This document shows positions 1 through 13,200 of a stretch of 64,000 nucleotides of DNA, one piece after another. A program made the position numbers and the translations under genes. The notes beneath the pieces are model-generated. The model was not told the origin of the DNA, ran no database searches, and was given only the letters and a program-made list of their open reading frames with translations. Every line of letters begins with the position of its first letter. Positions within the stretch are counted from its first letter, which is position 1. The stretch comes from Lepidodermella squamata (Eukaryota; Animalia; Gastrotricha), in NCBI GenBank assembly GCA_047495785.1, contig JBLDXI010000029.1, positions 3,286,001 through 3,350,000 of the forward strand. The letters run 5' to 3'.

Positions 1-1584
1 ATTCGCAGTATAAAGTTTTGAGTTGAGAGAGACAGAAAAGAAAAGATGGTGAAGAAGGAAAAATTAGGCTGCTTTTATAGGCAAAGGCAGCATGCTTCTG
101 TCGACCACAGTAATTACTACCGTATCATGCACAGTTAGAAGAATGCAGCTAGATGCCAATCAATTCATTTGCATAGGCCTTATCGGAAGAAACTAACTGT
201 GTCTCTCACAATGAGATGACTCACTATCTCCTGAACGGAATTCATCGGTTTCCTTCCAGAGGCGGCTACCTCGAGGTCTTATCGAGTAAATACGAAAATG
301 GCCGAACGCGTTGGCTATCTGTGCCAACTCTTAGAGAGGAGGTAAGCATAATACTATCATATCAATGAACTTTACGCTAATTATCTGTGTTTTTTCTTGT
401 GGCTACAGAGAATGACTCGAGGCCTGCCACAGCCACCGACGTTTGATAATGTAGCCTGGGTGTATTAACTGGCGAAACTAATCGGTTTGCTCGTTGCTTC
501 GACGCAGGCCACACGACGCAGCTAACGTTACGTGACTGCAGAGCCTTCGCCGTTTTCCTGTGCCCTTCACATCGCATCACCGTGTCCGAGGCGAAACAGT
601 GTTCAATTTTGCCGGCGGGGTGGAACAGTGCTCAAAGCATGCGTGCTTAGATATCGTTCGTGTTGCGACGTAAGGGACCGCCAGTACTAGCGCATATTTC
701 TATATATCATTATACCGCTATATTGCGGTTGCATCCAAATTACTATCTTTGGTTCAAGGGCTATAAAATTGCCATTAGCTGCGATTGCTATAGTGCGTTC
801 TTGGACTCTTGAAGAGATAAGAGAAATTCAGCTTTTTCGCCTATATTTCATCTAAGTTTTCCCGCGTTCTTCTGGAATTCTTTGATTGCAGATTTTACAG
901 GTGGAAAAACGAGCTGCCGTGACCAATGAAAAACTATTACTATCCGTGACTCGGTGCCGTAAATCTTTATTTTCAATGCAGCGAAATAATTGAAAACGAA
1001 CCAAGGAAATGAAACTAAGAGAATAATTCATCACACTTTGTTTAACAGAAATGGCGATAACAGGTTGAATATATCGAAAGAGCCAGCACTCTGCAATAGT
1101 TTAGTGGCGACCTTATGCCGGAATTTTCCTTTTCCGATTCCCAATCAATATCCAATATCCAATCTTTATCCGATCAGCTATAACTTGAGTGCCGAATTCG
1201 AGTAAAAGTTGAGGTATCCCTATCAACAATGCAGAATTTATAATTTAATACAGCAGCTAATAGGATGTACTTTGCTACTTTAATAGCTGCGAGAGAAAGT
1301 GCAACGAGCCATTCTAAATTTAAAGGTCCTCTGATTTCTACGAAAAATTATAGAATGATATACATGCACATGCAATGTTATTGAAAGTAGATCTCGCCCC
1401 AGGAAATTTCGGCGGATAAATCTTTGAATTAGGAAACAAGAGGTCTTTAGAGTTTTCTGAAAATGTATCACTTAAAACCGAAATGAACTAACACTTTTCA
1501 AGAATCGATGACGGTGATACTCCATTGGTTAACTAATTAACTATAACTAACGATAACTAAATTGATAAGCCACAAATATGGGAG

Positions 1585-1754
1585 CGTTAGCGTCGTTGAA
1601 TAACTCTGATTTTGGCAAGTTTACGTCAGTGACAAGTAAAAGGTGATAGCAGAGTTTTTATGTGAACGAAGAGCGAAGCAAACTTGTCACCCGTCAACTG
1701 TCTGTAACTGACGTGAACAAGCCCAAATCTGAGTTGTATTCAACGACGCTAACG
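1585..1754. repeat. ~170-bp imperfect palindrome (MITE-like foldback)
   Basis: CGTTAGCGTCGTTGAATA... at 1585 and its reverse complement ...TATTCAACGACGCTAACG ending 1754; the arms match for over 50 bp. No clear TSD. Confidence 0.65.
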
Positions 1755-2051
1755 ACTACGGTACGACTACGGCGCAGTGATAGCGGTCCATTTTGCTTTG
1801 ACAGCTTTGGTTTAGCTTTTTTCTTCCATTTAAAAACAAAGAATGTCTATATCTATTGGATACCAATTAAGTGTTGAATTTCAATACCTAGAGCAGATAA
1901 GATTTGACTCTAAAAAGCTGCGCTTTGATTTAGGATTTAGCCTTGACAAGGAGAACGAATTGCTCCATTGCTTCAGAAATCTACCCCCAAGTCGTTCTCA
2001 TCATGAAGTACGCGACACTTATTTGCCTTCAATTCATCTGAAACCCTGAAA

Positions 2052-2546
2052 CAGTGTGGTCCACGGCCGGAAACTGGCGAGTCACAAACCGGAGTCAAAA
2101 TTGGGACAAAAAGAGTCAAAACCATTAAAACGCCGATAAACACCGATAAATTTTACTTCTAAATATCACTCCAATTCCCGTTCTAGCGCGAAAACTCCTC
2201 TCTATATTCACCTGTCGCTGCAACTTTTTGCGGGGTTCGACTGGTTTTTAACAAAATTCGTCATTTTTGCGCCTTTGTAACTTGTAGAAAAATAGCTACC
2301 TGCGAGCGAAGCGAGCTTTAGCTGACGATATTTCTTCGACTTTTTGGACATTTTGGATGAGTGTGGAGTTAAAGCATCGCATTTTGGTGTCAAACTGAGA
2401 GCCGGAGTCAAGCTTAGCTAGCTTAATATTTTTGACTCTTTTCTGAGTCAAGCTCGGCTTAGTATATAATTAAATCGGAGTCACACATGAGTAAAAAAAT
2501 CTCATAAGAGTCAAAATGACTGGGAGTCACACTTTGGACCACACTG
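2052..2546. mobile_element. hAT-type MITE
   Basis: Perfect 12-bp TIR CAGTGTGGTCCA/TGGACCACACTG, 8-bp TSD CCCTGAAA on both sides (2044-2051, 2547-2554), many subterminal GAGTCA motifs. Confidence 0.9.
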
Positions 2547-4034
2547 CCCTGAAAGTTTTTCTGCATTTTCGCCATTAGATTGAAGTGCCGTAGGCATTCC
2601 TGATTGACTGTAGTTAAGATAGAAAAATGATCAAGTAGATGCGCATTGTAAATTATACTTCTGCGCATGATTGCTTTCTTTGATAACTATTAGTCCGTGG
2701 CATTTTGCAATCGGTTCAACACCATCATGCAGACTAAATGTGACTTACATTTCATTAAGAAGTCCGCGCAAAAATCGTGAAACCTAAACTTAAATGGTGG
2801 GTCACGTTTTGTCGCATACGAATAATGCCAAGCGAGTTGCATGTCAAGCATTCCTCGAATACGGCGGTTTCGTTGCTAATTGCTAATCATCAATCATCGC
2901 TAAATCGCTAACCAGATCACAGATCACATTACCAAGACAATCCGCATCTTTCTTAGGATGCAGGGATAAAAGTCATCCGAGCAATTCTCGAATGCTACCA
3001 ACTTTGTGAACTTTGGGTTATTCCATTATTGACCTCATGTGGCTGCGAATCTACTTTAGCGATTCTGCGAGCTTCGCGCAAGGTTGCAGTTCAGTTTGTC
3101 GCAACAGCTCAACGGCTCATATTTGATAAAACATGAAATGCGATTAGAAAAATACTTGATCGCTTTTTCATGCAATGCAATTTAAGAAGGATATCGAAAT
3201 GCCTCCGAGCTGCGAGTTAATGGAGAAGGATAACCACAAAATAGTTGATAACTAATAGCGTAATAAGTGCTCTCTTGGGATTTTCTTGGCGCAGTATAAA
3301 AATTGGCTCATAGTCATAGTCCATAATTCCGTGATATGCACTTTTCGTGATGATAACTGCATGGGTCGCATAAAATTATGCTCCGGGAATTGGAAACTAA
3401 AAATTGTGCCCATTCGAAAGCAGACTCTGGTCATGTTTGAACAATAAGTGGTGATAGTCATGGTTTAACAAGACTATGCAGAGAGAGCGAGAGAGACAGA
3501 GACAGAGACGTTACCCTATGAGTTTACCCTATGGATATTGATAGAATTGATGGAATTGAAAAATAAAAATTATATTATTATAATTATAAAATTGATAGAT
3601 AATTATCCTAGACTACGCTCGAAGGAAAAGAAGGTGAAACCAAGAAGAGGAGGATAAATTTGGTTTATCTTAAGAATTTAGCCATGATAACGGAGAAATG
3701 TTCTGGAGCGTTTGTGCGTAGTTCGCATTCTGGTAGGCTTTGCAACCGTTCGGTATCGGATGCGCCGAAATGATGATGCTATTACCGGCAAATAAAAAGT
3801 AGCTTATACCAGTACCAAGTATTTTATTACAAACAGCATGGAAGTACTGCCTAACGCGGTCTCTTACGTCGCAACACGAACGATATATCAAACGTTTTTT
3901 TTCATTCGTGTGTGGCAGATGATGAGTTTACACTGTTTCACTCCTAGGATAGCTGGCTTTTTTCTTCACCCTCATTATGCTTCCGTATTGCAGGATCAAA
4001 GTCCACGTGGTCACGTGGTATGAATAGCTAGTTC

Positions 4035-4422
4035 TGAGGCGTTGTTTTTTTTCGTCGTTTCGTCATCTTTTACAAAAAAATCTTAGTACGAAACGCAAAA
4101 AGGGAGTAAAAGGAGGATTTGAACCCGGAACTTTAAGGATCAGGACCATGGATTTGAGCCACTATACAATAGGAGGCTTTCTATCTGCATCTGGCAAAAA
4201 ACGCTTATGTGTAGCGTTCGTTTAGTATATAAAAATGCCGAACGAGGATGACTACCATGACCCAGCACTATTGCTAATTGGTTTCGCCTTATGCGTCAAA
4301 ACCCAGTGGTCCTGGGTTCGAATCCTCATTTTACCCCATTTATTTGTCTTTCCTTCATTTTTTTTTATAAGATGACGAAGTGACGAAACGACGAAACGAC
4401 GAAACGGAAGCATATTGCCTCA
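4035..4422. mobile_element. Foldback/MITE with a tRNA-like A/B-box module in each arm
   Basis: Ends TGAGGC/GCCTCA, inverted TTCGTCGTTTCGTCATCTT/AAGATGACGAA..GACGAAACG arms, B-boxes GGTTCAAATCC (minus, ~4114-4124) and GGTTCGAATCC (plus, ~4315-4325). No TSD found. Confidence 0.6.
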
Positions 4423-4914
4423 CAGGTTTGAAGAGTGTTTTAGACGCCTTTCATTCCATCTGGCGTTCTAAAGGGCTATAGTTAAATAATTATCCAGCCT
4501 AAAGTTCGAAAAGACGAAATCGTTTGTCAAAATTTGCACTTCAATGCAGCCGTCTGCCAATCAATACTGAATCGGTTCGAAGCTTGAAAATTAACGAAAA
4601 TTAAATGAAAGTGAAAAGCAAAGCTTGTCTTCCATTTCAAAGTTCAGAGTTTGAAAAGGCTCAGCTTTCTAATAGATCTATTGAATGATCAGAACTGCTT
4701 CATAATTCTTTAAAGGCCAGGAACCTAATGGATATTGTTTAATCAGCTTTCGTAATACCAACTGGACCTTCTACCAGCCTATGAATGGACTTCGAATGAA
4801 ATTCATGTAAAACCAGATAATTAAGCAAGAAATATCAAGATATAGTAAGACGCGATCATAATTACTGTTTTATTGATTTTTTGAAAGCCGCTCGACTATG
4901 AAAATATCTTCATA

Positions 4915-7900
4915 TCATCTGAATTTCAACCAATCAGGCAGTTCAAAGTCTGTTAAACCGAAATCCTGCTCCATCGTCAAGCCGCACTTTTTATGATGAA
5001 ACTGGCCACGGAATCGAAACCATTTGTTAGCCACCCATTTCTCGCCCCTGATCACCGGGCACCCGCCGTGAAGCGTCCGTTGGTCGATCGTCTCGTTGCG
5101 GTGAACATTGTACCAAATCAGGCCAGCATTCTTCGCCGCATCGATGCGAAATCCAAGCTTAGCAAACACCGTCCCACCGCCCTCTTCGACATGGTTCAAG
5201 TACAGCAGTAACGTCGCGATCCTATCGCCTAAATGCGACCCGGCAACTGAGGTTAGGTAGTCCCAATGCGGGGCGTAGTGGCCCCCGATCGGGTAGTACC
5301 CAACCTGATACATCTCACACCCGCCATCGCCGTCAAACGCGTTCATCCCGGTCACGGCCTCAATGTGTCTCGTTAATGAGGTCATTTTGCGCGTCACACT
5401 CGACTCGAGCCATGCGGTGCGCGCGCGCCGTTGGTGCGGCTCGAAATCCGACCCGCCCGTCTTGTAATTAACCACCCCAGCGTCGTTCATCTTCTCCGCA
5501 GCTTCGCTACGCAACAGCCCGGCTTGGTCGTCCGTCAATAGGTCGTAGACTATAACAGCTATCGGGTCCAGGTTCAGAATCTCCTCCTTAATCGGGCCTA
5601 GGATGAAGTACGGATGGTTGCCACGCCGGTTGTACCTGCAGTAAAGGTTCGGATTCCTCGATAGCTTTTCCGTATTTTCAGCACATGCGTCATATTGGCG
5701 AGTTTTCGCCAGTTCTTTCGCCGTTTCAATTTGCTTCTCGATCGGCAGCTTTTCGATTGAGTTGCCAAGGTCTTTTAGCAGCTTCGACACGCGTTCTTGT
5801 TCGTAGTAACGCCGGTTGTCTTCGAGGATTTTACGCGTTTCACCGCTGATTGATGACCGCGTGAGTTCGATTGTTACCATTTCAAGGGCTTCGGAGTAGT
5901 TTTTCATGTAACCAGCTGCGGCTTTTATGCCGTCTATTATCGATAGCTCCGTTATTCCATCAACTGCTGCAATGTACAAAAAAGATGAATTTAATTTCAG
6001 GTATTTTTGTGTTTTTTAAGGCTACAATATCGAGGGAATCAATGGAAAATTGAAAAAATCCAAGAATATTGAAATTTCGAGAAATGTGAACAATTCGACT
6101 TTTCAATTTCACATTACTTTTTTTTAAATTTTCTAAATTTTGCGAACAGCCTCAAATATTCCAATTAGGGTCATTACTTAGGATGAATCATCGAAACACT
6201 ATCAACAGGGTGCACTCGTAATTTTACGGGCTGACCATTGGTTTCAATAACCCGAAAATTAAGGTGCGGAAATCTGGCAGGGTCGATTTGTCTGAAACGA
6301 GGTTAAATAGATTTACCAGTTCAGCCGTGTGGACTAGTTCAACGGGAGTAGGGGGTCAAACTACTCCATGGATCAACTCTTGCGAAATACCCCGGAGAAA
6401 ATACTCAATAGTGAGAGAAATCTGAAAAAAGTGTCCATATAACGGGGACGATTTTAAATGAATTTATTTCAAGCGTGGGCCAACTGGTAATTATGAAGGA
6501 TTGAAAACTGCCATTTCTTAGGGCTTTTCAAAGATGCTGAACAAGATTCCATAAAAAAACCAGGATTCAAAATTTTTTGGGAGCAACTTGGTGATTCATC
6601 AAAAATTATGACCTAAAATAATTCATTTTTACAAATTTGTGAGACAAATAATTCGATAATTGGCCCATAAAGGCTGAAAAGTTCAGTAAATTCGAACCTC
6701 TAATTTCAATTTAAAATGTGTGTCAATTTAGTGCACCCCCTAAATGTTGGGTTCAAGCGCGAAATTTGAGAGACTACAGCATTAGATTTTACCAAAATAC
6801 TCTTCGCTTTTCGAGTTTCATTATAGAATCTATATTTTTCGTTATCTTGCCTGACTTAAAGATCTAGCCTTGATATTCCGCTACGAGTGTTCAGTTTACG
6901 TGTTTACAGGTTTGGCCTGCTGAGGCTTTATCGATCCCAAGTATTGATTTTACAAATCAGTAAATTTCCGATAAAAAAGGCTTGGAACATGACATCAATT
7001 ATTTTCCTACTTTACTTTTAAGACATTATTTATAGCCAAAACTATGAGAATTCCAAGACTTGGCAGGGGAGGGGGCATCAGTAGATCACGGATTGAAAAA
7101 CCCAAAATCGCTAAGGATTGGGAAAATTTGGGACGCGAAATAGGGTTGCAACCTCATTTTAAGTGTTGCAAATATTAGGGCAAGTTCGAATTTCTAAATT
7201 TGAGTTCAATTAAAAAATTATCGAATCAACCTTCGATTTCGTGAAATTAAAATTGAAAGTTCATAGTTAATCGTCGAAAATTCTCCTGAATTTGATAGTC
7301 ATTTTCCTTATTAGACCTAACTTTTAAATTTAAAATCTGGCTTAATCCTGAACAGAATAAATATTGGAAAAATCCGCAATTTCCATTTTTTCGAAAACAA
7401 AACTCTCTCTAGAATAATTCAAAAATTTTCAAATTTCAAATTTCTCAAATATTGAAAATAATTTTAAATTAAATTAAATTTGTTACCTTCGGCTTTAGAA
7501 TCGGCTTTAGTTGCATTGAACACCTTCCACGCCTTGTAGTAGTACGTCCGAGCCATCGAATAATTCATACTAATCGCAAAGCGATTCGCCAAGCTAAACA
7601 GCCCGCCAACTTCCGTCGGCTCAACATCGACAATAATCTCCTCAAACGCTCCAAAAGCCGCCGCCGCTTCATCCTTCTCCTCAACAGGCGGATCTTCAAT
7701 GCCACTCAGCTGATCGACGTACTCCGAGTAGGATTTAACGCTCAGGCCGAGGCGATTCCGATCTTCAGCCCGTAAATTCAGCCGAGCCAACATGTCCCGA
7801 ACTACGCTCAACGCCTCGTTATAACGGCGTATTTTATAGGCGCAGTAATGGTAGTAGTCCATGATTTGCAGCTCGCCAATTCCCGTATTTCCAGCCACAT

Positions 7901-8093
7901 CCTCGCCAAATTTCGTCGATTCGTTGTAGACAGCCCAAGATTCGCGGAATATTTTGTAAGCATTTTTGTAGTCCTGTTGCTGGTAAATTTCATAGCCGTG
8001 TCGAAACAACTCAGCTGCTCGGCCGGGTTCGAAATTTTGTGAGCCGGTGGAAAAATTGACAAAAATAATTATGAGCAAAAAATAACGTAGCAT
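4915..8093 (-). CDS. P4HA: Prolyl 4-hydroxylase alpha subunit-like, ~552 aa; exons 8093-7487 and 5966-4915
   Basis: Signal peptide MLRYFLLIIIFVNFSTG; TPR-like substrate-binding segments; catalytic motifs GGHYAPHWD (HxD), RIATLLLYLNHVEEGGGTVF and TLHGGCPVIRGEKWVANKW. A phase-1 GT-AG intron joins the two ORFs in frame. Confidence 0.9.
6731..7170. mobile_element. Dispersed ~430-bp MITE family copy (in the P4H intron)
   Basis: Colinear similarity to 13908-14337 (e.g. GTATTGATTTTACAAATCAG vs GTATCGATTTTACTAATCAC; similar termini). Confidence 0.6.
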
Positions 8094-8890
8094 GTTTTTT
8101 TCGTTCGCTCAACTCACTCGTGAATAAATTTCACGCGAAAATATTGTAGCACGTAATTTTTTTTTGCGTCGAGTGTATAATATATAGGTATGTGGGTAGT
8201 AATAATAATATTTACCGGTGTTGCATATATTTTTCTTTTACAATTTTTCTAGTAAATAAAGCTTGTGTATAGTGACGCTGTTTACCTGTGTTTACCTGAA
8301 CGCGCTCATAAGGAACAAAAAAATTGAAAAAAATGAGAGAGGGTTTAAGGTTATACAATACTACCAAGCTTAATTGCAGCTTTTTTGTTGATAATTGATT
8401 ATTTCAACCGCAAGGAAATAGGCTCAGTTGACAAATGAAAAAAAAAATCTCGCAATTAGATCAACAAATTTTAATTAGAAATTTAAGAGAAAGGTTTGCC
8501 GATCGATGGTCCTATTTTTTTTAGCTTGGACATTTTTTACGAAACGAAACGAAGGGATTGAAAAATATAGTATTTAATAATTGGGTCAATTTTCCAATTT
8601 TTTTATTTCCTGTTTTCCTTCCTGATCGATAATGACGCAGCATTTGATCGCAGAGTTTTTTTTATTTTAGCTAAATAGTACCCCTCGCGACCTTGAATTT
8701 TTAATAGTGGATTACAATAAACTGCATATTTGGGGAAAAAATACTGATTTGTAAAACCAATAATTGAAATCGAAATCGGCTGAAGAAGAACTCTTTAGGT
8801 AACAGCGAGAAATATTGTGACATTTCGGGCACAACAAATTCAGATTTTCGAGGGAATATTTTGAGAAACAATTGAAAGTTTCCATTTTTG

Positions 8891-9250
8891 GGCCGGGCGA
8901 CTTTTCAGCAGTGACATTTCAGCAATCCCATTCAGAGCGAGCAGCGACAATTCAACGGCGACATTTGAGCAGTGACAAATCAGCAGTGTCATTTGGGCAG
9001 TAATTGCACTATCAATTTGCAGAATCATATTTTATGGATGTGAGATTTTTTTTATTTATCTAGTTACTTTTCAGATGCGACATTTCATCAGAGGAATTCG
9101 GCTGATAATTTTCTTGCTATCAATATAAAATCGATTTATGTTAAGTAGCGATTGATGGAATCAGGTCAACTTTTTTCCCCTAAAATTGTTCATTCAAATT
9201 TGTTTGAATTTTCGCTTGCTCATTTGTCACTGCTATATTGTCACTTGTTA
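8891..9250. repeat. Truncated copy of the CAGTGAC-repeat TIR element family
   Basis: CGACTTTTCAGCAGTGACATTTCAGCAA matches the terminus of the 12824-13382 element; inverted TTGTCACTGCT motifs near 9220-9247. Confidence 0.6.
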
Positions 9251-9489
9251 ATTGTATTGAGCCTCAATTAGAAATTCGATGATTTGACCCGCACCTGCTG
9301 AAAAGCCTGACAACGCGTAAATCGATGTCTTATAATATAGAGTAAAGTTAAGGAGGATTATATTTTTTGCGAAATTATAGATATAGGCTGGGAGTTTCAT
9401 AGTTAGCGCTGTGGAAGTGTAAATTTGGGGCTTGAACTTATAGCGCAATCAAAATTCAATGTTGGGGGATGAAAGTGTTAAATCGTAAC

Positions 9490-9895
9490 TTTTATTTGTC
9501 TCGTCTCTCAAGCTCAAGAATTAGCTGCCGATTTGTTGATTTTCCAATATCTAAAAATTGATGCTGAGGAATTAATTATTCGCTATCCCTGGGGCTTTGA
9601 ATTGATTAAATTCTCATAAAAATAACGCAAAAATGATATTAATAAAATCACCATATTGCTGATCTTTAGCGCCATTATCACTTTCGCACGTTAGTGTTCC
9701 GCTTGATTGATTGTCACGGGTTCGATTTGGCCGGCTTCTATTATCGCCATTGTCCGCTAAAGAAACATTTTTTACGGAAAATAAGTCGAGCAATGTCTCA
9801 TCGTATTTGCATATTGGGGTATTTTCTGCCGAAGTAAAATAATTCTGAAAATTAATCAGCAGTAGCCAAAAAGTTGGCAAAAAATAAATTGTCAT
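9490..9895 (-). other. Putative secreted protein first exon or gene fragment, possibly a pseudogene
   Basis: ATG plus a signal-peptide-like MTIYFLPTFWLLLINFQNYFTSA and a GT donor near 9652, but the downstream frames stop quickly. Confidence 0.3.
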
Positions 9896-10284
9896 CTCGA
9901 AAAAAATTCAAAATTTTCCAAAAAAATTAAATTTTAATAAAATCGTGTTTTTCCAAGCGACACGCGATTATTGTTCATCTTTTACACACGAGCCGTGAAT
10001 TTTTTTGTCACACCTTGTAATCAGGAGTTCAACCCGGTTTCAGGTGAGGATTGGGATGAATAATTAAGAGTAAAAATCTTTGAAAAATGCGCCATACTGC
10101 TAGCTGCTGGCACCCGGAAATTAGGGTGGCGAGATGGCGCCCAAAGCAAACATTCCACCGTAATTTCAACTGAAAATTTTCTAGGACTCAAAATTTAAAA
10201 TTAAAGTTAACTGACTAGCCTGTAAAGCTTCTCGCCCTTAGCAATCTCTCGATTTCGATTTTAAATTTTATTGGAAGTAAAATC

Positions 10285-13200
10285 ATGGCAACAGAGGTGA
10301 GTAAAATCAATATTATCTCGATAACTGAGATTTTGCAGCTGATTTTCTAATTTTTTCCAGATTTTTACCGATGGCCTTATCGACAAGATTCACATGATCA
10401 ATTTTCGAAGACATTCAAACTGCGTCCTACCCGAATTATCGAACCATAAAATTGTTCAGATCACAGGCTCATCGGCTAGTAAGTTATCTACTACAGCAAC
10501 AATAATCGCGAAAAATATCAAAAATTTGGACAGCTTCAAATTGTATAAAATAAAAAATTATTTCTGGCTCAAAAATTCTCAAATTTAAAGCAAATATAAG
10601 TTGGGTGGTTGCTGATTTTTCTGAAATTTTTAATAATTGTTCTATATTTTTTTAAATATTTTTTGCTAATTTTGAACTCTCATAGGAAAATTGGAAAACT
10701 GAAAATTTGAAATTTTTGAAAACTTTAAAATTCATAATTTTTTCCAGCTGGGAAAAGTGCGATAATCGAGGCGGTTATGTTCGCGTTCGGTCGTCATTTC
10801 GACCACCCGGTTGACCTAATTAAAACCGGCAAAACATTCGCCGAGGTCGCCGTCACGCTGTGCAACACAACGCAACACTTGGGCGCATTCGAGCGTGAAA
10901 TATTCGGCGAGTCAATCACCATCCGGCGCCGCATCACCCGGCCACCGGCTAGCAACCACCCTGCGTCTATGCGTCAACCGACGTGCAATGTGCCTATCGC
11001 GATTGGCACGGAGGAGGATGAATTTTCGATTTGTAGCGCAAGTAAACTTGTAGTTTACAAGACTGAAACTGCGCTCAAGCGGGTGTTGCAATTTTTCAAA
11101 ATCGATATCGAAAATCCGCTGATGGCTATGACAAAGGAGCTGCTGTGGAATAAACTCAGCCCGAATGCTCATCACAACAGCAAGGGGCTGTATGAAATGT
11201 TTCTAGCTAGTATTGGCCTAGTTAACGCAACCGAAGAGGAAATGAAAAGGTAAATGAAATTCGTATAATTTTTTACTTTTTTCAACTTGAATGGTTGCTG
11301 TCTAAAATTTGAAATTTGAATTTTAAAATTTGAAATTCCAATTTGAAGTTAAAATTAAAACTAAAATTTTCAAATTTTGAGTTTTGAATTTTTGACTTTT
11401 TCAAATTTTTCAAAAATGTCCCTTTTTCTAAAATCTACAGTGAGAATAACTGAAAAAACTCGAAATTTCATAAATACTAAATTTCAATTTCAATTACTAA
11501 AGGTCTCCGCACAAACTCGGTATCTTTTTTTTTGCTTACGCATACGGCCAATTACTTACGCATACGACGAAAAACATACGACCACATACGGATCCTATTC
11601 ACAAACTCTGCATGCGTATGCGTTATGTTTTTGCTGAACGGCGTTGTCACCTAAAAAAGGCTTGCTTTGACCGGGGATCGAACCCGGGTGACTTGTTTGT
11701 GAGATCGGCATAACACCGATTACACTAACAAGACGCATGATTTTGAGTTGTAGTAATCAGTACTTGACGGATCACGCATCGTGATACAATTATTAATTAA
11801 TATAATTGGTAATTATTTATAGAGCACTTAAAATTTCTTATTTATTTATCCCAAATGACCCCAAAAGGTACAGGGAATTAAAAAAAATTCTTCTGAATTT
11901 TTATGATTTTTCCTGAATTTCCATCGAGTTTTTGATAATTATTCAATTAGTCATAATAATTAATATTTTCAACTTCAATGTTCGCAGAGTTGTGATGGTG
12001 GCACGATTAAAACCGGAGAAATTATCTCACTGTTTGCGTAAGTCGTTGTGGCGAGGTTGGTTATTGACTGGCCTCGACGATGGGAGGCTCGGGTTCGAAC
12101 CCCGCTCACCACACGACTTTTTTAAGCGATCAGGCCTCGTTGCAAAAATACATAACGCTTACGCATTCAGAGTTTGTGAATCGGTCGTATGTGATATGTT
12201 TTTCTTAAAACATGCGAGCGAGACAAACAACTTAACGCAAAACTTGTCTACTTATTTCATGCAGAGTTTGTGCGGAGACCTTAAACAATTCAAATTTAAA
12301 TAATTTTAAATGATTTCCAATAATTTTGAAAATTTGAAATTTTGAAATTCCTAATTAAAAAAAATATTTTAAGATATTCTAATTTTTTCACAGGCAAGAT
12401 TACGTTATTCTATGCAAAGCCGTTGAAATCGAGAAGAAATTCCGGTTAATGAACCCGACTCATCACATTCGTTTCGACCACGAAACCCGTGCTCTCTCAA
12501 TCGATGTTCACGCCTCGCCGAACGACAGTCTAGCTAACGATGAAGACCGGGTGCTTATCGGCATTTCACTCATGCTATCTCTGTGGCAACTGTCAGATTT
12601 GCCCGTTAAATTCGCCGATGATTTGGACGCATTTTTCGACGATGCCGGCGAGCGTGAGCGCGTTGTAGCGCTCATGGAACGAGTTCACGAGTACAGCACG
12701 GATTCTGGCCAGCTGTTTATCATCTCGAAAAAACGCGTCATTTCGCCACCAGTCGTAAGTTCAATCGAATATTCTCAACTTTTCAGTGGAAAAAAATTCA
12801 AAAATAGTCGAAGATGGAAAATGCGTGGTCAGACTTTTCAGCAGTGACACTTCAGCAAATGAGGGTCAAATCATCAGTGACTTTTCATCAGTGACACTTT
12901 GTCAGCAAAAAATTCATAAAAATCAAATATTAGTACTAATTTCACTAATCCTTGAAGACAAGTGAGCAGTGACATTGCAGCAGCGACAAAATATCAGTGA
13001 CTATTGAGCAGTGACTTTTCATCAGTGACAAATGAGCAAGTGACACTTCATCAACTTTTATTTATTAATCTTGAGCACTGAACTTGCACTTTTTGAGCTC
13101 AACTTCAATGTAGCGCATAGTCCCCCTGCTTAATGAGGCTAGAATTCTCCTGATGAAATGTCTCCGCTGAAATGTCACTGCGCAAATGTCATTGAGATAA

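Larger units (their letters stand above)
11501..12281. mobile_element. PIF/Harbinger-type MITE with tRNA-like modules (in intron 3 of the SMC6-like gene)
   Basis: TIR AGGTCTCCGCACAAACTC/GAGTTTGTGCGGAGACCT, 3-bp TSD TAA (11498-11500, 12282-12284), long imperfect inverted arms. Confidence 0.85.

Noticed and set aside
71-80. Minus-strand TATA box (CTATAAAAG) for a gene left of the window
   Set aside because: Plausible, but the gene is outside the window and cannot be verified.
377-4023. Short ORFs of 60-73 aa in the first 4 kb
   Set aside because: No recognisable domains or splice-supported structure; several overlap repeats.
11664-11734. Functional tRNA-Val gene
   Set aside because: The anticodon stem is unpaired, the acceptor stem has mismatches, and it is part of a transposon arm.
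11377-12303. ORFs 11377-11637 and 11932-12303 as extra SMC coiled-coil exons
   Set aside because: They lie in the MITE and AT-rich intron and have no coiled-coil character.
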